Positions 17,243-26,982 of a stretch of 64,000 bases of DNA are shown one piece after another (the first letter of the stretch is position 1; each line of letters begins with the position of its first letter). A program made the translations under genes and the position numbers. The DNA is from an uncultured Chloroflexia bacterium (GTDB lineage Bacteria; Chloroflexota; Ktedonobacteria; Ktedonobacterales; Ktedonobacteraceae). A model generated the notes under the pieces. The model was given only the letters and a program-made list of their open reading frames with translations, made no database searches and was not told where the DNA came from. The stretch spans positions 941,807 to 1,005,806 of the forward strand of contig CAWBTV010000007.1 in NCBI GenBank assembly GCA_963791835.1, given 5' to 3'.

Positions 17243-17263
17243 AATGAATGAACTTCATTCATT
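17243..17263. promoter_or_regulatory. Putative TetR operator 2 (AATGAATGA-ACT-TCATTCATT) upstream of the P450 gene
   Basis: Shares the TGAATGA/TCATTCA half-sites with operator 1. Located 70 nt upstream of the P450 start. Confidence 0.5.
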
Positions 17264-17334
17264 TTAATAAAGCTTACTTCTGAAGATGTTGTTTCAAGAT
17301 AAAGGATGCTAGCAACAAAGAAAGGTTGCAACCT

Positions 17335-18642
17335 ATGAGTAATGTTTTATCCTATAAAGCTATTCCGACCGTTGCGATTCCGGCGGATTATCAAACAAAT
17401 GTTGGACCGTTTCTCGCGAAGATGTATGAGCAGCATGGACCAATCTTTCGTTCAACGTCGTTTGGTAGTGAGGTTGTCTTCCTGGTCGGACCGGAGGCGA
17501 ACCGCTTTGTGCTGGTCAACAATCGCCAAAAGTTTTCAAACTACGAGGGTTGGGGCAAGATGTTTGGCACACTCGATATGTTTGGGAGGGGTTTGCTTGT
17601 CATGGATGGCAAAGAACATGACGACCATCGGCGCATGATGAACCCGGCCTTTACCATCAGCTATATGAACAACTACCTGCCATTGATGAATCGCATTATT
17701 CGTGAACGAGTGGCGACATGGGCAGAGCAAGGCACGGTAGACATCTATGATGAAGCACGCAAAATCACGTTTGATGTTGCCGCCGAAGCACTCGCCGGAC
17801 TGACTGATGTCGCAGAACGTGACCTGTTCCGTGACCTTTTTTTACGTCTACTTATGACGGGCGCGACGGCAACATCCGAGGAAGACTTTTTTCATAAAGT
17901 CAGTCTCATTCGCGGTGAACTCAACGCCCTGCTCACGCCAAAGATCGAAGAACGTCGTCAGCATCCAACAAACGACCTCTTCGGATTGCTTGTACAGGCA
18001 CGAGACGATGCAGGTAACGCGATGAGCAACGAACAACTGATTGCCCATCTCAACATCCTGCTTGTCGCTGGACATGAAACCTCGACCAGTCTCAGTACAT
18101 GGTTGCTCTACCTCTTAAATCAGCATCAAGACTATACGAAACGCGTGATGGATGAGCAGAATGCATTACTTACATCAGGGGCAGAGCCAACATTAGAAGG
18201 GATTAAACAAATGAAGGTGTTGGATAACGCGTTAAGCGAGGCTGAGCGTATGTATCCACCTGTCGCTAACGGGCCACGTGGTCTTTTTGAAGATGTGGAC
18301 TTTCACGGTTATCACCTGCCCAAAGGCACACCTGTTCTTTATGCTATCGCGGGTTCACACATGATTCCGAGCATTTTCGCGCATCCTGAAAGCTTCGATC
18401 CAGACCGTTTCGCTCCACCGCGTGAGGAACATAAAAAGACACCTTACGCTCTTGTTGGCTTCGGCGGAGGTCCACGTATCTGTATCGGCATCAACTTCGC
18501 GCAAATCGAAATCAAAGCGATGGTCTCGCACATTCTACGCAACTACCAATTAGACTTGATTCCGGGACAGCAAATTCTCCAGTACTATGGCGTCACGGGT
18601 GCGCCAATCAATGGTATTGGTATGCGCGTTACCGCGAAATAA
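17335..18642 (+). CDS. Cytochrome P450
   Basis: Heme loop FGGGPRICIGINFA, I-helix AGHETS, ExxR. ATG at 17335 with AAAGAAAGG upstream. Confidence 0.85.
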   Translation: MSNVLSYKAIPTVAIPADYQTNVGPFLAKMYEQHGPIFRSTSFGSEVVFLVGPEANRFVLVNNRQKFSNYEGWGKMFGTLDMFGRGLLVMDGKEHDDHRRMMNPAFTISYMNNYLPLMNRIIRERVATWAEQGTVDIYDEARKITFDVAAEALAGLTDVAERDLFRDLFLRLLMTGATATSEEDFFHKVSLIRGELNALLTPKIEERRQHPTNDLFGLLVQARDDAGNAMSNEQLIAHLNILLVAGHETSTSLSTWLLYLLNQHQDYTKRVMDEQNALLTSGAEPTLEGIKQMKVLDNALSEAERMYPPVANGPRGLFEDVDFHGYHLPKGTPVLYAIAGSHMIPSIFAHPESFDPDRFAPPREEHKKTPYALVGFGGGPRICIGINFAQIEIKAMVSHILRNYQLDLIPGQQILQYYGVTGAPINGIGMRVTAK

Positions 18643-18681
18643 TATGTAGTCAGGTGCTAGGGTGCCCGCAAGGGGACGCCC

Positions 18682-18746
18682 TGGTCGATGTATCGCGTCC
18701 TTGTTGGCAGTCGATTGCTCAAAAGGACGCGATACATCGGTCCCTA
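18682..18746. mobile_element. MITE-like element, family A (degenerate left terminus)
   Basis: ...ggtcgatgtatcgcgtcc...ggacgcgatacatcggtccctaa. Confidence 0.55.
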
Positions 18747-18781
18747 ATGAATATTGACAACCAAAAACGGGAATTCTTCTC

Positions 18782-18909
18782 GGTAGGGGCAGCAATTCAT
18801 TGCGCCCAATGATGGGGGCGGCGAGGCAACGTGTCGGCAACGATTCACGCTCCCAACGCGAACCCCTCTCGCCCCCATCATTGGGCGCAATGAATTGCTG
18901 CCCCTACCG
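18782..18909. mobile_element. MITE-like element, family B (GGTAGGGGCAGCAATTCATTGCGCCCAATGATGGGGG terminal repeats)
   Basis: 36-nt terminal inverted repeats. The core cgtgtcggcaacg is shared with the family A interior. Further copies at 60254-60383 and a chimera at 46829-46949. Confidence 0.75.
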
Positions 18910-18979
18910 CCATTGCCGTGTTCGATTGTCAAAGTTCATCAGGTGGTAAGATACAAGGAAAAACGTTGGAGGAATTGCT

Positions 18980-20080
18980 ATGTCCGACATACTTTCAGGT
19001 GAATACTTTTTCTTACCACAGGAACATATTGTCTTTGGTTCTGGAAGTCTCACACAACTTGCCGATGAGGTACGACGTGTTGGCGGACAGCGTGCCTTTC
19101 TCATTACGGGCAATTCGCTGGCAACACAGAGCGATGTTGTGACGCGTGTTGAGCAGGCACTTGGCTTTCTGCACGTTGGCACGTTTTCGGGTATCCGACA
19201 ACATTCACCCAAAGGTGATGTGGCACTGGCAGCACAGCAAGCACAAACGCTCAAGGCCGATGTGCTTGTGAGTGTCGGCGGTGGAAGTCCAATTGACGCA
19301 ACCAAAGCTGTTGCACAGGCACTCTATCAGCAAAGTGGGAGCTTATTGCCACATATTGCCATGCCGACAACGCTTTCTGCTGCTGAATTTTCGCATCTTG
19401 TCGGCGTTACTGACGAGAGCGCAAAAATGAAAAAAGGGTTTGCCGATGTGAAACTGACACCACGTAGTGTTATTCTCGATGCCAATCTCACACTTCCAAC
19501 ACCGATGCACCTATGGCTCTCAACGGGTATTCGCTCCCTCGATCATGCCGTCGAGTCGCTGTATGCCCCCGGCACACACCCTATTAACGATGTCTTAGCT
19601 CTGGAAGCCATCCGTAAGCTATTCACCTATTTACCACGTGCAAAGGCACAACCGGACGATTTGGACGCACGGACTGAACTTCAGCTTGCCTCGTGGATGA
19701 GTTTCTTTGGTGAGGTCAATACGCCAATGGGTCTCAGCCACAATTTAGGTAGGCGTATCGGGGCCAGTTATGATGTACCACATGGTATTACATCCTGTAT
19801 TATCTTGCCGCATGTTATGCGTGCCTTCGCGCCAATTTATACACAGCAACTCGGTAGAATAGCACAAGCTCTCGGTCTCATTTCAGAAAATGCAGAGGCA
19901 ACACAACTAGCCCTTTCTGCCGCTGATGCCGTGAGTGGCTTAATTGGACAACTTGCCTTGCCACAACATTTACATGATGTTGGTATTGACGAGAGTGAAC
20001 TACCAAAGATAGCTGCAACAACGCCTAACCGAGAATTTAGCACAGAGGAACTAGAAAAACTGTTACGTGGAATGCTATAA
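18980..20080 (+). CDS. Iron-containing alcohol dehydrogenase family protein (maleylacetate-reductase-like)
   Basis: Fe-ADH motifs GGGSPIDATKA and metal-binding His region. Confidence 0.75.
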   Translation: MSDILSGEYFFLPQEHIVFGSGSLTQLADEVRRVGGQRAFLITGNSLATQSDVVTRVEQALGFLHVGTFSGIRQHSPKGDVALAAQQAQTLKADVLVSVGGGSPIDATKAVAQALYQQSGSLLPHIAMPTTLSAAEFSHLVGVTDESAKMKKGFADVKLTPRSVILDANLTLPTPMHLWLSTGIRSLDHAVESLYAPGTHPINDVLALEAIRKLFTYLPRAKAQPDDLDARTELQLASWMSFFGEVNTPMGLSHNLGRRIGASYDVPHGITSCIILPHVMRAFAPIYTQQLGRIAQALGLISENAEATQLALSAADAVSGLIGQLALPQHLHDVGIDESELPKIAATTPNREFSTEELEKLLRGML

Positions 20081-20369
20081 AAGATAAAATTGAGATCTTT
20101 TTAGACGCGCTCAAGCATACGATCTCCACCATAGATACTCCGTGTTTTGAAAGCAGCAGGGGTCATAACAAGTTGTCTTGCCAGCAGAGCCATTCCACCA
20201 TAGATGCGCAGAAAGCTGTCCAGCGTAACATTTCGAGTGTAGGTGCTAAAGCGATTGGTGTCTCTGCTAACTCTGAATGATCCTCGACAGCAGAACGCCG
20301 CCAATCGTCTAAAAAATCACCAATTGCCACCCATGGACCTGTACCATGAAGAATAAGGAATAACAGTAT

Positions 20370-22199
20370 ATGAGCCTCTCGGTCGCACACAGGCCAAATT
20401 ATGCAACGTACACAAATCTTTTAACAAAATATCTAAAACCACAGTGGCGCAGAGCCGCATTGATGGTGTTCTTATTGCTAACAGGCATTGCTCTACAATT
20501 ACTCAATCCGCAAATCCTGCGCTATTTCATTGATGCCGCCACGACAGGTGTTGCTACGACAACGCTTATGCTCTCTGGCGCATTGTTCGTTGCTATCGCG
20601 CTTGCTAATCAGGTAGTGACGGTAATCGCGACCTACCTTAGCGAAAATGTAGCGTGGACAGCGACAAATAGGCTTCGCGCCGACCTTGTTGCTCATTGCC
20701 TTACGCTCGACATGGCCTTTCACAAAGCTCATACCTCCGGCGAACTTATCGAGCGTATTGACGGAGACGTTGATACACTCTCAACCTTTTTCTCGCAATC
20801 ATTTGTCTACTTGCTGGGAAACTCACTTCTTATTGTCGGCATCGTCGTGTTCTTATTCCTCGCGGACTGGCGCATCGGGTTGGTGATGGGATCATTTACG
20901 CTTATCGCGCTACTGGTCCTGATTCGTCTTCGCTCCTATGCAGTACCATTCTGGGTTCAGGAGCGTCAGAAGGATGGCGAGTTTTTTGGTTTTGTAGGTG
21001 AACAACTCGCGGGTACGGCTGACACACGAGCTAATGGTGCAACGGGTTATGTTATGTGGCGTTTTTATCATCTGCTTCGCGCATGGCTTCCGGCTAGCCG
21101 CAAGGCAAGCATCGCAGGATATGGAATGGTCATGACAACTATCGCCTTATTTGGCGTTGGTAATGCACTCGCGTTTGCCGTTAGTGCTTACCTGTGGAGT
21201 ATTCATGCGATCACGCTTGGAACGATCTATCTCGTTTTCTACTACACAAATCTGCTTGAGCAGCCAATGCAACAGATACGCATGGAGCTACAAAACCTGC
21301 AAAAAGCAGGTGCAGGCATTGAGCGTATCAATCAACTCTTACACACACAGACTGCTATCGACAATGGTGGCGACACAACACTTCCTGCTGGAGCACTTGC
21401 TGTCGAGTTTGAGCATGTCTCTTTTGGCTATACTGCTGCTGAGAAAATCTTACACGACCTGACCTTCACGCTCCAGGCAGGGAAAGTGCTTGGTGTACTT
21501 GGGCGTACCGGAAGTGGGAAAACGACACTCGCACGCCTCTTACTACGCCTTTATGACATACAAGAAGGACGTATTCGTCTCGGCGGTGTTCCTTTACGCG
21601 AAGCACAATTACAGGACATGCGGCGTCACATCGGAATGGTCACACAAGATGTGCAACTTTTTCACGCGTCCGTGCGCGACAATCTCACCTTTTTCAACAA
21701 AAGTATTCCTGATACACGTATCATAGACGTGTTGGACGATCTGGGGCTGACGACGTGGTATCGCTCACTCGCACAAGGGTTGGATACAGAACTTGGATCG
21801 GCTGGTGAAGGCTTATCAGCTGGTGAGGCACAATTGTTAGCCTTCACACGCGTCTTTCTTGCGAATCCTGGTCTGGTTATTCTTGATGAAGCTTCATCAC
21901 GGCTTGATCCAGCGACAGAGCAATTGATCGAACGCGCGGTAAATAAACTCTTTACAGGACGTACAGGCATTATTATTGCTCATCGCCTTAGCACCATACA
22001 ACGTGCCGACGACATTCTCATCCTGGAACGCGGAGGTATGCTTGAGTATGGTGAGAGACTGGCACTAGCACATGATGATACCTCACGTTTCGCTCAACTG
22101 CTGCAAACGGGTTTAGAAGTCTTGCCCATCTATCAAGTAGAGAATAACGATACATCGTCAGCCGTGGATGCGATTTCGCTGAAAGGGATACAAGCATGA
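20370..22199 (+). CDS. ABC exporter, fused permease/ATPase subunit 1
   Basis: Six TM segments, then Walker A GRTGSGKTT, signature LSAGEAQLL, Walker B ILDEASS. Confidence 0.85.
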   Translation: MSLSVAHRPNYATYTNLLTKYLKPQWRRAALMVFLLLTGIALQLLNPQILRYFIDAATTGVATTTLMLSGALFVAIALANQVVTVIATYLSENVAWTATNRLRADLVAHCLTLDMAFHKAHTSGELIERIDGDVDTLSTFFSQSFVYLLGNSLLIVGIVVFLFLADWRIGLVMGSFTLIALLVLIRLRSYAVPFWVQERQKDGEFFGFVGEQLAGTADTRANGATGYVMWRFYHLLRAWLPASRKASIAGYGMVMTTIALFGVGNALAFAVSAYLWSIHAITLGTIYLVFYYTNLLEQPMQQIRMELQNLQKAGAGIERINQLLHTQTAIDNGGDTTLPAGALAVEFEHVSFGYTAAEKILHDLTFTLQAGKVLGVLGRTGSGKTTLARLLLRLYDIQEGRIRLGGVPLREAQLQDMRRHIGMVTQDVQLFHASVRDNLTFFNKSIPDTRIIDVLDDLGLTTWYRSLAQGLDTELGSAGEGLSAGEAQLLAFTRVFLANPGLVILDEASSRLDPATEQLIERAVNKLFTGRTGIIIAHRLSTIQRADDILILERGGMLEYGERLALAHDDTSRFAQLLQTGLEVLPIYQVENNDTSSAVDAISLKGIQA

Positions 22200-24001
22200 G
22201 AACATACTCCTATATGTGGCGCATGATTCGCTATCGTCCCTGGCTGTACACACTAAACGCGATTCTCTGGATCACCATAGCAGTTTTACCTATTGTCCCA
22301 GGTTTAGTAGCCCAACAGTTTTTCAATACGCTTCCGAAAGAGGGGCACCTTACGCCGACGCTCTGGACGCTGATTGTGTTCTTAGTGGTTACAGCGTTTG
22401 CGCGTGTCGTACTTTACCTGGCTGGTGGGTTGGTTGATAACCTGCATCGCTTCTCTATGGCAAGTATTTTGCGTCGCAACTTGTTAGAGCGTATTCTTGA
22501 GCGACCAGGAGCGCGAGCGGTTCCCGACTCGCCTGGAGAGGCCATTAGCCGCTTTCGTGACGATGCAGAACAGGCCGAGAATGCAATCAGTTGGACATTA
22601 GATAATACAGGGGCGGCACTATTCGCTGTCATCGCCGTCCTCATCATGCTCAGAATCGACGTGTTGATTACATTGCTCGTCTTCGTGCCACTGGTGGGCG
22701 TTGTTATAACGGTACAAATCATGAGTACACGCCTGGAAAAATATCGTCGTGCAAGTCGCAAGGCAACAGGTCAAGTGACCAGTGCTATTGGTGAAATTTT
22801 TGGCACCGTGCAAGCTATTCAGGTGGCGGCAGCAGAACCATACATCGTCGAACACTTTCGAGGACTAAATGAGAAGCGACGCGTGACCATGTTGCGAGAC
22901 CGTGTACTTACTCAAGTACTCAATTCGACCTTTGCAAATACCGTTGGTATCGGTACAGGCTTCATTCTCATTCTTGCTGCTCAGGCGATTAGAGCAAAAC
23001 AGCTTGGTATCGGTGATCTCGCCCTGTTCATCTACTATCTGGCCTTTGCTACCGAATTTACGCAGTATTTTGGCGTCTTCCTGGCACATTATAAACAGAC
23101 AAACGTTGCCTTTCGACGCATGAATAAACTACTACAAGGTGCCCCACCAGAACAACTTGTCGCACACAACCCGTTATATCTGAGTGGAAACGTACCTGAC
23201 ATAACCATACACATAAAAACTGATGCACACCACTTACACGTCTTGGAGACAAGAGGGCTAAGCTATCATTATCCTGATACTGGAAGAGGTATTGAAGATA
23301 TTTCTCTACGCTTGCAACGTGGCACGCTGACCGTCGTAACAGGACGCATCGGCTCTGGCAAGACCACTTTTTTAGAGGTCTTGCTGGGTTTATTACCCAC
23401 GGATACAGGCGAAACATTTTGGAATGGACAGCGAGTAGAGGATGCGGCCTCATTCTTTGTCCCACCGCGTAGTGCCTATACCGCGCAAGTACCGCATCTC
23501 TTTAGCGCGACACTGAAAGAAAACATCTTGCTTGGTTTGCCAGAGGATAAGGTGGATATCACAGCTGCTATTCACTCTGCTGTGATGGAGAGCGACCTGG
23601 AAAGCCTGGAGCAGGGCTTAGCTACAACCATTGGCACACGTGGCGTCAAGCTTTCTGGTGGACAGGCACAACGCTCAGCCGCCGCACGTATGTTTGTACG
23701 CGATGCCGAACTCTTCGTCTTCGACGACCTCTCTAGCGCACTCGACGTAGAAACCGAACATATCCTGTGGGAGCGTCTCTTCGCGCAACGCAAAAGTACT
23801 TACCTCGTCGTCTCTCATAGAAGAGCGGTACTGCAGAGAGCTGATCATATTATCGTGCTCAAGAATGGCAGAGTTGATGCAGAAGGGACATTGGAGGAGC
23901 TATTGCGAACGTCACCAGAGTTACAACGCTTATGGTATGGTGATGCAGAGCATACCCTTGACGATGATGAGACAATACAGGTAGCAACACCATCCAATTA
24001 A
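22196..24001 (+). CDS. ABC exporter, fused permease/ATPase subunit 2 (heterodimer partner)
   Basis: Walker A GRIGSGKTT, signature LSGGQAQR, Walker B VFDDLSS. 4-nt overlap with the upstream gene. Confidence 0.85.
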   Translation: MRTYSYMWRMIRYRPWLYTLNAILWITIAVLPIVPGLVAQQFFNTLPKEGHLTPTLWTLIVFLVVTAFARVVLYLAGGLVDNLHRFSMASILRRNLLERILERPGARAVPDSPGEAISRFRDDAEQAENAISWTLDNTGAALFAVIAVLIMLRIDVLITLLVFVPLVGVVITVQIMSTRLEKYRRASRKATGQVTSAIGEIFGTVQAIQVAAAEPYIVEHFRGLNEKRRVTMLRDRVLTQVLNSTFANTVGIGTGFILILAAQAIRAKQLGIGDLALFIYYLAFATEFTQYFGVFLAHYKQTNVAFRRMNKLLQGAPPEQLVAHNPLYLSGNVPDITIHIKTDAHHLHVLETRGLSYHYPDTGRGIEDISLRLQRGTLTVVTGRIGSGKTTFLEVLLGLLPTDTGETFWNGQRVEDAASFFVPPRSAYTAQVPHLFSATLKENILLGLPEDKVDITAAIHSAVMESDLESLEQGLATTIGTRGVKLSGGQAQRSAAARMFVRDAELFVFDDLSSALDVETEHILWERLFAQRKSTYLVVSHRRAVLQRADHIIVLKNGRVDAEGTLEELLRTSPELQRLWYGDAEHTLDDDETIQVATPSN

Positions 24002-24055
24002 ACGCTATAATGCAACGCCAAATGTTGCAAATACTACAAAGACATAAGAAGATAC

Positions 24056-25231
24056 ATGCCACCATTTTCATTTACAATTGACGCCGAATGTCCTGATACA
24101 TGGGCGCGTGCTGGCACCATTCAGACACCACACGGCACGATTTCGACGCCTATCTTTATGCCCGTAGGCACACAGGCAACGGTGAAGAGTGTCGCACCTG
24201 AAGAACTTCATGCAGCCGGGGCGCAAATTATTCTCTCCAATACCTATCACTTAATGCTCCGTCCAGGCTCCGAATTGGTCGCTGATTTTGGTGGTCTCCA
24301 TTCGTTTATGCATTGGGATGGTCCAATTCTGACTGATAGCGGCGGCTTCCAGGTATGGAGTCTGGGCCATTTACGTAAGTTGAGTGAAGATGGCGTGACG
24401 TTTAAATCGCATCTCGATGGTTCAGCCCATACGCTTACACCCGAACGTGTAATGCAGATTGAGGCAGAGCTGGGCGCGGACATCATACTTCCGCTCGACA
24501 TCTGTGCTCCCTACCCATGCGCACCCTTAGAGGCACAGGCCGCGATGGAACGAACGCATCGCTGGGAGGAACGTGCGCTACTTGCCAAAGAACGCTATAA
24601 TCCAGCACAGGCCCTGTTTGGGATTGTACAGGGAGCATTTGAACCTGAGTTACGGAGACAGAGCGCGGAAATCATCGGCAATATGCCTTTTCCGGGTCTC
24701 TCTATTGGTGGGCTTTCTGTTGGAGAACCGAAAGCGATGATGTGGGATATGCTCAATGTCGTCACACCTGCACTACCTCGTAACAAGCCACGTCACCTGC
24801 TCGGTGTTGGTTCACCAGAAGACCTTGTGATAGGTGTCGGGCTAGGTATGGACATGTTTGATTGCGTTCTGCCCACACGCGTTGCCCGACACGGGGGACT
24901 CTTCACGCGTCAGGGTCGTGTTAGTATCAAGGGGGCACGTTTTCGAGCCGAACACAATCCCGTCGAGGTCGGCTGCGATTGCTACACGTGTCGTAACTAT
25001 AGCGCGGCCTACGTCCATCATCTAGCACGTACCGAAGAGCAACTCTATTATCGTCTCGGCAGCATTCACAATATTCGTTTTATGTTGCGTCTCGCGAGTG
25101 AACTACGTGCAGCCATTCTTGCCGGAACCTATACAGCGTTTCGTGATGAGTTCTTAGCAACCTACATGCCCGCATCCGAACAGGTACGCGAGGCGCAACG
25201 CGAAAAATGGAAGATAGCGCGTGGCAGGTAG
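24056..25231 (+). CDS. tgt: Queuine tRNA-ribosyltransferase
   Basis: TPHGTISTPIFMPVGT...LTDSGGFQ...CDCYTCRNYSAAYVHHL (zinc site). The stop TAG lies inside the terminus of MITE A4. Confidence 0.9.
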   Translation: MPPFSFTIDAECPDTWARAGTIQTPHGTISTPIFMPVGTQATVKSVAPEELHAAGAQIILSNTYHLMLRPGSELVADFGGLHSFMHWDGPILTDSGGFQVWSLGHLRKLSEDGVTFKSHLDGSAHTLTPERVMQIEAELGADIILPLDICAPYPCAPLEAQAAMERTHRWEERALLAKERYNPAQALFGIVQGAFEPELRRQSAEIIGNMPFPGLSIGGLSVGEPKAMMWDMLNVVTPALPRNKPRHLLGVGSPEDLVIGVGLGMDMFDCVLPTRVARHGGLFTRQGRVSIKGARFRAEHNPVEVGCDCYTCRNYSAAYVHHLARTEEQLYYRLGSIHNIRFMLRLASELRAAILAGTYTAFRDEFLATYMPASEQVREAQREKWKIARGR

Positions 25232-25330
25232 GGACCGATTTATCACGTCCTGGGGGTGGGGTGGGGCAGCGTGTCGGCGACGATGTGTTTGCCCCACCCC
25301 ACCCCCAGGACGTGATAAATCGGTCCCTAC
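25228..25330. mobile_element. MITE-like element, family A (inner G-rich palindrome); its GTAGGG terminus supplies the tgt stop codon
   Basis: gtagggaccgatttatcacgtcc...ggacgtgataaatcggtccctac. Confidence 0.75.
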
Positions 25331-25344
25331 AGAGGAGATTTCTC

Positions 25345-26166
25345 ATGTCTATAACAACATATCGTTTTGTCAACACAGAACCGTTAGGAGCCGCGTTCAA
25401 CATGGCAGTTGACGAGGCCATCCTGACACATTACCTGCAAGGGTTGGTCCCACCTACGTTACGCACGTTTCGCTGGACACAGACATCTATCACGCTTGGA
25501 CGCTTTCAGAATGTCGAGCGCGAAATCGAGCAGGAACGTTGTCAACAAGAGGGTGTTGCGCTTGTACGGCGTCCTACGGGAGGGCGTGCGGTGTATCACC
25601 GGGACGAGTTCACCTATAGCCTTGTGATTGGCAAACGCGAGCATGTCCCGTCTGGGGTTGTCGCGGCCTATGCCTATCTCGCGCAAGGACTACAGGCAGC
25701 CCTACAACAACTTGGGATTGCGTCTGAACTGAGCGAAGAGCATGTTAGCAAAAACCCATCTGCGGCCTGTTTTGCATCATCGACACAGGCAGATTTGACC
25801 GCGCGTGGCTTCAAAATTATCGGTAGTGCGCAAGTCTGGAAGGATGATGCATTGCTTCAACAAGGATCGCTCCCACTCGATGACCGATCTCAGGAGTTCT
25901 TTTCATTTTTGCGCTTTCCGACTGAGGCCGCGCGTGCCGAAGCACTGGCCCTCTATCAAACAAAAACAACACCGCTTCACACATTTGAGGCAACTATCAC
26001 AAGAGAACAAGTGGGTAAAGCATTTGTTACCGGATTTGGAGAAGCATTACACTCGCAATTCGTACAGGAAGAACTCAGCCAATCAGAATGGGACATGGCG
26101 CGACAACTGGTTGAAGAGAAGTATAATACGCTTGTGTGGATGAAAGAACGCGTCACCCTTCTATAG
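25345..26166 (+). CDS. Lipoate-protein ligase / octanoyltransferase family (BPL_LplA_LipB domain)
   Basis: FRWTQTSITLGRFQNVERE...VRRPTGGRAVYH. The ORF-track ORF 25207..26166 is trimmed because its 5' end is MITE-encoded. Confidence 0.75.
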   Translation: MSITTYRFVNTEPLGAAFNMAVDEAILTHYLQGLVPPTLRTFRWTQTSITLGRFQNVEREIEQERCQQEGVALVRRPTGGRAVYHRDEFTYSLVIGKREHVPSGVVAAYAYLAQGLQAALQQLGIASELSEEHVSKNPSAACFASSTQADLTARGFKIIGSAQVWKDDALLQQGSLPLDDRSQEFFSFLRFPTEAARAEALALYQTKTTPLHTFEATITREQVGKAFVTGFGEALHSQFVQEELSQSEWDMARQLVEEKYNTLVWMKERVTLL

Positions 26167-26274
26167 GATTGCTCAAACAGGTTGAATGATGTACAATAGG
26201 CGCAACGTAGAGGTTCGCCACACACAGGAAAGTCGCCATTTGAATACCGTCACGTTAGAAGGAGAAAACCGGGC

Positions 26275-26982
26275 GTGAGCATGTCTATAGACACAGCGCG
26301 GAAAATATTAGAGGCTAGCAAACAACGCGCTAGAGAATTACGTAGTCCTGTTAGTATTGCGATTGTTGACGCCGGAGGCCATCTGGTCCTCTTTGAGCGC
26401 ATGATGTCTCCCTATGGGTGGGCGACCGGAAATATCAGCATCGCGAAGGCAAGCACCGCTGTTATGTTCAATCAGTCCACAGATGCGGTCGCGCAATGGG
26501 GGGCTGGCATCCCTGGTTTTGCTTCAAGCATGGCAACTATGACTGAAGGAAAATTTATTATGGCGGCTGGCGGTTGGCCCATTCGTGCGGCTGGCGCAAC
26601 CATTGGCGGTATCGGTGTGAGCGGCGGCAACGCTCCGGGACGTGATGATGAAATCGCGCGTGCAGGTATCGCGGCGGTTGATGCTCCTGCAATGCAACCA
26701 GTACAAGCACAGCCAGTGCAGCCACCACCCTCGATTGCATCACAATCGTTACCACCCATTTCTCCTATGCGACCAGTGACGCCATCTTCCTACTCGAATG
26801 TGTTGCCACCATATTATCAACAGGCACCGCAACAGGCACAACCAGACAATACGGCAGGTTCACAGAGCGAGTTTTCAGGTCAGCCACACATCACAAAAGA
26901 TATCGTACCCGATCAGGACGATCCTTATAACGATAACGCGTACAATTCATACAACCCAGACCGTTCGGGAGGTCAAGCATGA
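26275..26982 (+). CDS. GlcG/HbpS-like (DUF336) protein with about 100-aa Pro/Gln-rich C-terminal tail
   Basis: DUF336 core (IAIVDAGGHLVLFERM...GGIGVSGG). GTG start with GAAGGAGAA RBS. Confidence 0.6.
   Translation: MSMSIDTARKILEASKQRARELRSPVSIAIVDAGGHLVLFERMMSPYGWATGNISIAKASTAVMFNQSTDAVAQWGAGIPGFASSMATMTEGKFIMAAGGWPIRAAGATIGGIGVSGGNAPGRDDEIARAGIAAVDAPAMQPVQAQPVQPPPSIASQSLPPISPMRPVTPSSYSNVLPPYYQQAPQQAQPDNTAGSQSEFSGQPHITKDIVPDQDDPYNDNAYNSYNPDRSGGQA

Noticed and set aside
18744-18932. ORF-track ORFs lying inside or reading through MITE copies (for example 18744..18932, 18550..18840, 46770..47114, 46793..47020, 60084..60362, 60136..60411, 29086..29340, 54334..54668)
   Set aside because: They are entirely or mostly encoded by repeat elements, recur with near-identical peptides at several copies, lack RBSs, and have no domain signatures. 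They were treated as non-coding repeat sequence.
20101-20390. Small minus-strand ORFs (20101..20304, 20163..20390) between the Fe-ADH gene and the ABC exporter operon
   Set aside because: No RBS, no recognisable motif, and they overlap each other. This is more likely the promoter/5' UTR region of the ABC operon.
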